From Candidatus Thorarchaeota archaeon (GTDB lineage: Archaea > Asgardarchaeota > Thorarchaeia > Thorarchaeales > Thorarchaeaceae), in NCBI GenBank assembly GCA_048882325.1, contig JBHLRS010000003.1:82279-146278 (forward strand): DNA of 64,000 nucleotides, read 5' to 3'. The notes under the pieces were generated by a model. That model saw only the letters and a list, made by a program, of their open reading frames with translations, was not told where the DNA came from and ran no database searches. Shown here in pieces: positions 57,386 to 64,000 of this stretch. How positions within the stretch are numbered: position 1 is the stretch's first letter; each line of letters opens with the position of its first letter. The position numbers were made by a program, and so were the translations under genes.

Positions 57386-58720
57386 TCAGTGGCTATACCA
57401 AGTGGCGACAAGACTTCTTGGAACTCCACTGTTTATCATATCGATTCTGCTCAGGGGTCTTGTGAGATGTCTCTGGGCTCTTGTTGGTGGCAAATACAAT
57501 GCTGTATCAAGATCTCTGTCTAATTGTGTTTCTGTCTTAACAGCCTTTGAATCCTTGTGGCCGCACTTCGTACATTTATATCCTTTATCACGACCTGCGC
57601 TCTTCATTCTCTTTCCACAGTTTGGACACTTTGGATTTTCAAACTCAATAGCTTGAACAAGTTTGATCACTTCGAGGCCCTCCAGATTCAATGTGAGGCC
57701 GTGGGTTCTTGATGCAGGGCGTACTCCAGCATGAATTTTGACAAGGTCTCCAACAACGAGCTTCATTATAATATCTCGAAACTCACCTGAGGGCTCATAT
57801 ACAGCACAGTCAACCTTTCCAGAGTCATCCTCAATCCTAAAGATGGTGTGTCCTCCCTCAATCATTTGCGGCTTGGTTTCAACCCTCCCTAGGACTTGAG
57901 CGCACATGTAAGGTCTCAGGTTCCTTATCTCAACCTGATGTGTCAGATGAGCTCCTGTTCCTTGATTTGATCTAAAGGTCATCCAACGGTCAACCTTCTG
58001 TTTGCTTCGAACCTGTTTCCCAGCTTCAATCACATCCTCTGCTGACTCTCCCCTTACGCCATAGAGAACAGGATCTGGACCATGAGGTTCAATCATTATC
58101 CTGTTGCTGGTTGGATCAACATTGGAAAATACTCTGTTCCCCATCTTTTGATCCATGACCCTCACTGATTCCTCATCAACCTCTCGTGAATCGCCACAGT
58201 CATCTAGAGAGCGATATGCGATGTATTCGTAAGTGTGATCTCCAGAGAGCGTATTAGCAACTGACGACAGAGCACCAATGAGACCTCGTCCATTTCCACC
58301 CGTATAATGAGTGATGTTGTGGTTCTGGATTACTCTTCGAGCCAACTGGATTGGGACTACACGCCACAGAGCGAGGTCCAAAATCGCATGCACCTGTCTA
58401 GGCACTTCCTCCTCCAGAAAGACGACACCGGGATTGGTGTTTGGGTATTCCTCATTCACATAGTCATGAATGAACTCTTCAACCAATGGAGGAATTGCAT
58501 ACAAATCCTTCTCTTCCACCATAAAGCGCAGAGCCACAGCACCATTCCCTCTAGTTCTATATGGAATCCCTGGATTCAGGCGGATTAGATTCGGATAGTC
58601 AGTCCACTCAACATTCAACTCACCTAGTTTTTCCACTACCAGGCTGGCAAAATGAGTCGTACAACCACCATCTGGACTGTCGATGTCATCCATTCCAATC
58701 TGAACTAGCTTCCTACTCAT
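57386..58720 (-). CDS. tiaS: tRNA(Ile2) agmatidine synthetase
   Basis: IGMDDIDS..GGCTTH, LIRLNP.IPYRTRGNG, PDPVLYGVRG, NQGT, CPNCG.RMKSAG, RHLTRP. Confidence 0.95.
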   Translation of the reverse strand: MSRKLVQIGMDDIDSPDGGCTTHFASLVVEKLGELNVEWTDYPNLIRLNPGIPYRTRGNGAVALRFMVEEKDLYAIPPLVEEFIHDYVNEEYPNTNPGVVFLEEEVPRQVHAILDLALWRVVPIQLARRVIQNHNITHYTGGNGRGLIGALSSVANTLSGDHTYEYIAYRSLDDCGDSREVDEESVRVMDQKMGNRVFSNVDPTSNRIMIEPHGPDPVLYGVRGESAEDVIEAGKQVRSKQKVDRWMTFRSNQGTGAHLTHQVEIRNLRPYMCAQVLGRVETKPQMIEGGHTIFRIEDDSGKVDCAVYEPSGEFRDIIMKLVVGDLVKIHAGVRPASRTHGLTLNLEGLEVIKLVQAIEFENPKCPNCGKRMKSAGRDKGYKCTKCGHKDSKAVKTETQLDRDLDTALYLPPTRAQRHLTRPLSRIDMINSGVPRSLVATWYSH

Positions 58721-58992
58721 ATGTCACTCTTCCGACATTTATCACACACTGTGGACTCATTGACCTTTATTCCATGATCCTCACAAACAAGGATTCCGCA
58801 ACTGTTGCACGCCCGAGATGCCAAGTACTCACCACAAATCTGACATCGAGCCTCCTGACAATTAATGCAAATTCCATCGGCAGAAACCCAACAAGCATCA
58901 CATACAATCGAGCTGCACATTCTGCAAGAGGTGAGATTTTCCTCCTCATGACTGCATATCTCACATGAGTTGCTAGGCTCGTAATGCATCAT
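58717..58992 (-). CDS. Small tandem zinc-finger protein
   Basis: Two repeats of CxxC..CxxC..VCxx(C/H)..CxxC; overlaps the tiaS start. Confidence 0.75.
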   Translation of the reverse strand: MMHYEPSNSCEICSHEEENLTSCRMCSSIVCDACWVSADGICINCQEARCQICGEYLASRACNSCGILVCEDHGIKVNESTVCDKCRKSDI

Positions 58993-59008
58993 TAAAATCC
59001 TCCATCAG

Positions 59009-59602
59009 ATGGCATATGGTAACACAGAAATCCTTTGCTCTTTGACAGAAGTCTGTGGTGAAGACCTCTTGGTTCAAGCTCATGACATCATTGTCTATCA
59101 TGCTGACCAGTGTGATCCTAAGAAATGCACTGGGACTCGTTTAGGCAAGATGAACAAAGCCAAAATTGTCAAGAATATGCGGGCCATCCCTCGAGGTTCT
59201 GTTGTCCTAAATCCAGTTTCTGAAGTTGCTTTTTCTCCTGCTGACAAAGATAGTATCCTAAAATCTGGTCTCGTAGCGCTTGATTGCTCATGGAAACAAG
59301 CTGAACGGATTTTTGCAGCTTCAAGAGCTGGAGCGCAAAGGGCTCTACCCTATCTTCTTGCTGCAAACCCCATAAATACGTACAAACCTGTCAAACTCTC
59401 TACAGCTGAGGCACTAGCAGCGGCTCTATACATCATTGGTATGCCCGAAGAGGCAGAAGATGTCATGTCTGTGTTCAAATGGGGCGGATCCTTCATCACT
59501 CTCAATCAAGAATGGCTAGACTCCTATGCAGAATGTACTACTAGTGGTGAAGTTATTCAAGTCCAACAAGAGATAATGAAAGAACACACTCGAGAAGAAT
59601 GA
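59009..59602 (+). CDS. tsr3: rRNA aminocarboxypropyltransferase Tsr3 (DUF367)
   Basis: CDPKKCTG, LDCSW, RALPYLLAANP.N, LSTAEA, FKWG..F. Confidence 0.95.
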   Translation: MAYGNTEILCSLTEVCGEDLLVQAHDIIVYHADQCDPKKCTGTRLGKMNKAKIVKNMRAIPRGSVVLNPVSEVAFSPADKDSILKSGLVALDCSWKQAERIFAASRAGAQRALPYLLAANPINTYKPVKLSTAEALAAALYIIGMPEEAEDVMSVFKWGGSFITLNQEWLDSYAECTTSGEVIQVQQEIMKEHTREE

Positions 59603-59611
59603 GGGGTGGGG

Positions 59612-59962
59612 TGGCTCTGGTCCAGAGAGTAACCCCAATTCTGTTCCACCTCAGACTGTTGCCACTCCGAGGTCTTGCGACATCAAACTTTGCTCTCTAC
59701 CCTAGGCTTCAGGTCAACACATCGCTAGCCTATTCTTGAGATTGCTGCCCAGTGATGAGCCGTTTCAACCGGTCCAAACTGATCCTCAACAGATTAGAAC
59801 TCTGTATCATCGTCGTACCCAGCTTGGGGGTGTCGTTTCTATTCCCAGAGCGAGACTCTCGCCTCCCTGCTCTAGCAGGACTGGTGTCGACACGCAGTCG
59901 GGAGTTTCCTCAGCTCTCACCCGAGAGTGAGTACCGTCAGTCGCGCTTCTGCTCCAGAGCCA
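59612..59962 (-). ncRNA. rnpB: RNase P RNA (archaeal)
   Basis: Minus strand: terminal helix TGGCTCTGG/CCAGAGCCA, CR-I GAGGAAACTCC, AGAAAC, TGAAACGGC, CR-V AACAGAATTGGGGTTA; downstream of cbf5. Confidence 0.9.
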
Positions 59963-59992
59963 TGTAATACTGAACATTTGCGGATAAAAAGT

Positions 59993-61000
59993 TCATTCTT
60001 GTGGTTTCTTCTTCCACATCGAAGGATAACGACCGCGTTCCATCAAAACTCGTTCGGTCACAGCCACAATCCCGCTCTTTACTTTTGCAATTCTATCACT
60101 GGTATCAGCGCATTTAGAAATAGCCACTGCTTCTCCTTTCAGAGTCTTTAGGACCACCATATCGTCTTTCTTCATCCCACTACTCAGACTCACGACACCA
60201 CTTGCGGCAAGATTGGCCCCATGGCAGAGTGCATCCACCGCGGAATCACGGACATTGATCACGGGAAGATGACCAAGTCCATATTCGATTGGAAGGATGT
60301 ATTTTCTTAGTTCTGTTTCATCACCATCTTCTTTCCAAAAAACAAAGGCATCTTTCAGGTCGTAGAGTGTGCACATGTGTTCATCTTCTCTGAAAGTTCC
60401 GACACGAGTTCGACGTAATTCCCGCATATGTCCTCCAACACCCAGAGCTTCCCCGATATCGAAGCACAGTTTTCGAATGTAGGTCCCAGCCTGACAGCCA
60501 ACCCTAAAGAGGACAAGTCTTCCTTTGATTTCCAGAATCTTGTTGTAGTAGACCTCCCTTACTCGTAGGACTCTCTTCACTGAGGATCTGAGGGGTGGTT
60601 TCTGGTACAACTTGCCCACGAACTCTTCCACGACTCTTCTGATTTCTTCCTCTGGAGCTCCTTCATGGAGCTCAAGAACACACACATACTCCTTGCCTGC
60701 TGGTATCAGTGCCTGCATGGCTTTTGTTGCATTTCCAATACCAGTTGGCAGGATTCCTGTAACGGTCGGGTCTAGAGTTCCACCGTGCCCAACACGTTCA
60801 ACTTCGAGAATCTTTCTGACCCAGGTCGCTACCTCATGGCTAGTGGGTCCTGATGGCTTGTCCAGTGCTATTACTCCGTTTTCTAAAAGATAGTCAATGG
60901 GAAGGTTATCCAGAGATTGAAAACCATAATCAGGATTGGTGTTGTCAGATGCCTTGAGAATCAGCTCACGAGGCTGGTCTGCAGGCAACATGCCCAACAT
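59993..61000 (-). CDS. cbf5: H/ACA pseudouridine synthase Cbf5
   Basis: LDKPSGPTSHEV, GHGGTLDP, QKPPLRSSVKR, GTYIRKLC, PUA domain. Confidence 0.96.
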   Translation of the reverse strand: MLGMLPADQPRELILKASDNTNPDYGFQSLDNLPIDYLLENGVIALDKPSGPTSHEVATWVRKILEVERVGHGGTLDPTVTGILPTGIGNATKAMQALIPAGKEYVCVLELHEGAPEEEIRRVVEEFVGKLYQKPPLRSSVKRVLRVREVYYNKILEIKGRLVLFRVGCQAGTYIRKLCFDIGEALGVGGHMRELRRTRVGTFREDEHMCTLYDLKDAFVFWKEDGDETELRKYILPIEYGLGHLPVINVRDSAVDALCHGANLAASGVVSLSSGMKKDDMVVLKTLKGEAVAISKCADTSDRIAKVKSGIVAVTERVLMERGRYPSMWKKKPQE

Positions 61001-61030
61001 CTGACTATCACTCCCATAGGAATCTTAAAT

Positions 61031-61312
61031 TCAGATCTCAAGCCTGATCTTTGTTCTGAATTTCTCTGTCATACCCGCCTCTTCAATTGCTTTCTCAACT
61101 GCTTCATCATCTGCATCAGCAGCAATTGGAAGGATTGCTTCAAGAGGCTCAAGATGTCTAGTATTGCAGCTACGTCGCCTAACACCACTGAGGTGTTTAG
61201 GACCAGTCACAATTACGTAGCTGTCATTCTTTACTTCAACTACTACACAAAGACTACCAGCCTCACGGCCCATAGTCTTCACACATACTCTTCCGGTTTC
61301 GTAGAGACCCAT
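61031..61312 (-). CDS. rpl14e: 50S ribosomal protein eL14
   Basis: GRVCVKTMGREAG, VTGPK..SGVRRR..N..HLEP. Confidence 0.95.
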   Translation of the reverse strand: MGLYETGRVCVKTMGREAGSLCVVVEVKNDSYVIVTGPKHLSGVRRRSCNTRHLEPLEAILPIAADADDEAVEKAIEEAGMTEKFRTKIRLEI

Positions 61313-61444
61313 TTTTGATACACCTCGCCTTGTCCTTGGTCTGCATCCGAGTCACCTCGTTGCATCATCCCTATAGACTGGGAGAATATGTCGCCGATTC
61401 TAGTTGCCAATATGAGCCTTACGCTTGTTGCTAAAAACGAGTGT

Positions 61445-61987
61445 CTAAGCTGATTCACCAAAGAATTCTTCGATGGCAGTGAATACTATTTTGATGACCT
61501 CTTCAAGGTCATACTTGTCAGTGTTGATGATTATATCATATATTGAGTGATCAGACACGTCTACACCATAGTACTCCAAGTATCGCGCCTTTTCGCTACC
61601 CTCACGGGTTATTGTTTCTCGCCGAGCATACTCAAAATCTGTTTCATCACGCTCTGAGATTCTCCTTATTCTATTCTCAACAGAAGCGATTAACAGGATC
61701 TTCAGGTCCGCGTTGTCACCAGCCATCCATGCAGCCAATTGACCATCAATAACTGCATTTCCCTTCTCAGCCTCTTCTCTCAACTTATCGTCTATCAGCC
61801 GGTCTATCTCTTCATCGCCCTCAGCTACTCGACTGAACTCTTCCAGAGTGAGCTCTCTCTCTTTTGCAAGCTGTCGAAAAATGACTCCTGCAGACATTCT
61901 TCTAAGATTGAACCTCTTTGCAACCGCATCCGCCACTGAACTCTTGCCCGTACCGTGGAGTCCTCCCACAGTGACAACGCGTTTCAT
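61445..61987 (-). CDS. cmk: Cytidylate kinase (archaeal)
   Basis: GLHGTGKS, SAG.IFR.LA, IDR.ID, RY..YYG; ATG at 61987. Confidence 0.93.
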   Translation of the reverse strand: MKRVVTVGGLHGTGKSSVADAVAKRFNLRRMSAGVIFRQLAKERELTLEEFSRVAEGDEEIDRLIDDKLREEAEKGNAVIDGQLAAWMAGDNADLKILLIASVENRIRRISERDETDFEYARRETITREGSEKARYLEYYGVDVSDHSIYDIIINTDKYDLEEVIKIVFTAIEEFFGESA

Positions 61988-61991
61988 CGCA

Positions 61992-62267
61992 CTAATCTCG
62001 AGAAGCTTTAATGATACCCCGACGTAATGCCCTTGAGGAAACAACTCCACCATAAGGTCGATTTGGACGCTTAGATGAACGACTTACTCCCTTTCGTGAT
62101 CCATGTTTGGCTTTTCTTGAGAGCTGTAGCTTGGCACCAGTGACCGCACAGGTTCCTCCTGTTTTGTAGAACTTCTGTCTATGAATAACTGTTCTACCAC
62201 CTGGGGTTCTTACCATTCGGTTAGCTCTTGATCGAGTAAGCAATCCTGGACGTGGCATTATTGACAC
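61992..62267 (-). CDS. rpl34e: 50S ribosomal protein eL34
   Basis: MPRP, VRTPGG, KRPNRPYGG; canonical gene position. Confidence 0.9.
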   Translation of the reverse strand: MSIMPRPGLLTRSRANRMVRTPGGRTVIHRQKFYKTGGTCAVTGAKLQLSRKAKHGSRKGVSRSSKRPNRPYGGVVSSRALRRGIIKASRD

Positions 62268-62391
62268 CTGTGTATCTCTTCTGGGGACCCTCTAGGCTTT
62301 CCTTTTAAGCAAAGCGGTGTAGAGGATTTCTCTTGTTTTAGAATTCATGCTTCCTCATTCGCAGAACCGCGTTATCCCTTTGAAATCAGCT

Positions 62392-62934
62392 CTAGGTTGT
62401 CATCACCTGAGTACCCATTATGCGCTGCAATATGCTAGACATCCCAAGTCCAACTAGGAAGTAGAATCCGTAGAAACTCAGTCCAAATCCACCAGCTACC
62501 GGTTGTCCCGCAAGCCCTACTAGGAATGGCAATACTTTTTGAATGTTGAATGGAAGAATCGCCACTATCTTATTTGCATAGAAACCTCTCAGCACTGTGA
62601 AGATTAGGATAAATGGAATGAAGAACATCAGAGACGGTTTGCATCTTGCAGACATCATGTCTCGCTGAATTCTGTCAATGTATGCCTTTCTTCTCTTAAC
62701 TTTCTTCAGGAGTTTCTCATTCTGAGTTTTCTGAGCTTTCTGTTCCATTTCACGGAACTGTTTGATTTCAAGTTGATACCGGTTTAATCGTCGCATATCT
62801 GAGAACCGCTTCATGGCAAGGTTGCTTATAGTTGAGATACTTAATGATACAAACATGATGAAAAACGCGGCATAAGGTGGTGCGCTGAACGTTGAAGTAA
62901 ACCAGTTCATGAATTCTACAAAGAAATCCTGCAT
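62392..62934 (-). CDS. DUF106/Ylp1 (EMC3/TMCO1-like, Oxa1 superfamily) membrane insertase
   Basis: TM, coiled coil, KPSL.F.IP, then two more TMs; canonical position between adk and eL34. Confidence 0.88.
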   Translation of the reverse strand: MQDFFVEFMNWFTSTFSAPPYAAFFIMFVSLSISTISNLAMKRFSDMRRLNRYQLEIKQFREMEQKAQKTQNEKLLKKVKRRKAYIDRIQRDMMSARCKPSLMFFIPFILIFTVLRGFYANKIVAILPFNIQKVLPFLVGLAGQPVAGGFGLSFYGFYFLVGLGMSSILQRIMGTQVMTT

Positions 62935-62940
62935 GATTTT

Positions 62941-63531
62941 CTACTCCATTAGTGTGTCTGCAAGTTCCGAAGCTGCTTCTTCTACTAAACCCTCACGGTT
63001 CTTGATTATTCTGACGGCCGCTCCAGTTATGGTACCAACCGCAACTGCAGCAGCCCTACACATCTCCTGGTGTATCTGAATTTCAGCCACTGCCTGATCA
63101 TCCCGAGTCCGAGTTTCGTCTCCAACCCTACGATTGGCAATCTTCTCTGAGTCTGCTTCCACTAACACAACTGTCTTCGGGTTAATCCCCTTGACAACCC
63201 ACTCTGGCAGTCCAATCAGAAATCCATTTTTGGTCTGTATAAGTGTATGAGTATCTACTATGGTTTTTCCCGCTATAGCTTTCTCAGCAATTGCTACTCC
63301 AGCTTTTCTTTGGACTTCTCTCTGAATTGCAGTGGGCAATTTACGAAGTTCATCACGATCTTTCACGTGCCCCTCTTTTGTCGCTACTTCAAACATCTCG
63401 GTTCCAATGTTTAGGATGAGAACATCCTCACCGGACCTTTCCTTGACTTGCTCAACGGCTGTATTGATTACAGTGGTTTTTCCGACTCCTGGAATGCCTG
63501 TCACAATCACGACATTTCGCGACTCAGTCAT
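62941..63531 (-). CDS. adkA: Adenylate kinase (archaeal type)
   Basis: TGIPGVGKTT, DRDELRK, VDTH, GLP, R..D.TR.RD. Confidence 0.95.
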   Translation of the reverse strand: MTESRNVVIVTGIPGVGKTTVINTAVEQVKERSGEDVLILNIGTEMFEVATKEGHVKDRDELRKLPTAIQREVQRKAGVAIAEKAIAGKTIVDTHTLIQTKNGFLIGLPEWVVKGINPKTVVLVEADSEKIANRRVGDETRTRDDQAVAEIQIHQEMCRAAAVAVGTITGAAVRIIKNREGLVEEAASELADTLME

Positions 63532-63665
63532 GGTTGGTTCACCGTCTTCTGAAGATAGGCGCTGGGTTGGATGGACCGGTTATAATTCCTTCTGTAAGCA
63601 TGAAGACGTGCTTTTTCGCAAAAGCTTATGACATTTCATCCTAAGGTATTTTGGATGTGTGTTGT

Positions 63666-64000
63666 GTGAAGGGTTTTCGTTTCGTAGTTCCTTTTGTACT
63701 GATTCTTTTTGTTTCCCAGGTTGCGCAACCTCCAGATATTCAGTATGTTGACAAACTGGTTTCTGATAGGATGGGCGATAGCCCTAGTGTTTCAGGCTTT
63801 ACTAGATCTGCAAATTTCGAAGACATGAATCTCTCAACTGTGGCTCTTTCTCTCTCTCTCAACGAAACGGATGCCACGATTCTCGGAAATATGACGATTG
63901 ATTTCTTCAATTCGGATTCTGTTGCTTTCTCAAGCATTCCATTTCATCTGTACCTCTCTGGAATGTTTGCGCAAGAGCGACTCGGCTATATCGATATTCA
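63666..64000 (+). CDS. Secreted protein, probably the N-terminus of an M1 aminopeptidase (3' truncated)
   Basis: Frame open to the window end: signal-like MKGFRFVVPFVLILFVS, then LSLNE.DATILGNMTIDFFN....SIPFHLY. Confidence 0.55.
   Translation, partial: MKGFRFVVPFVLILFVSQVAQPPDIQYVDKLVSDRMGDSPSVSGFTRSANFEDMNLSTVALSLSLNETDATILGNMTIDFFNSDSVAFSSIPFHLYLSGMFAQERLGYIDI

Noticed and set aside
59736-60151. Plus-strand ORFs of 64-74 aa
   Set aside because: Antisense to the RNase P RNA and cbf5; no protein-like features
61313-61444. C/D-box sRNA between cmk and eL14
   Set aside because: Only imperfect C (ATGATGC) and D boxes; cannot be supported without a model search
1-64000. CRISPR array, IS elements, integrases, rRNA
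   Set aside because: No regularly spaced repeats, transposase or integrase motifs, or rRNA signatures were seen by eye

Overview
This 64 kb window is core chromosome of an Asgard archaeon, most likely Thorarchaeia (inferred from gene content, not from a search). Archaeal housekeeping genes include uS13/uS4/uS11, eL14, eL34, cmk, adk, cbf5, tiaS, tsr3, rnz, KEOPS Cgi121, Sua5, RNase P RNA and an intron-containing tRNA-Ser(GGA). Metabolic genes include hutU/H/I, an ECF module, M20 peptidases and asparaginase. Eukaryotic-signature genes include actin, a two-domain gelsolin, a Rab-like GTPase, a longin-GTPase fusion, WD40 and FG-GAP propellers and a NYN-LOTUS protein. The best candidates for undescribed biology are: (1) a longin + tandem wHTH protein resembling the GATOR1 subunit NPRL2, directly upstream of the Rab-like GTPase; (2) a wHTH-CARF-like regulator divergent from actin, with three copies of a 12-bp motif in the shared promoter, heading a run with a Mini-RNase III-like gene and a GNAT-SSB fusion; (3) a 53-bp degenerate copy of the actin 3' end that brackets an ABC-exporter cassette; (4) a DNA methyltransferase translationally coupled to a Walker-less MCM-like protein; (5) several conserved genes that appear to need CUG or AUU-type starts. 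No CRISPR array, transposase or integrase was seen. All family assignments come from motif recognition by eye.
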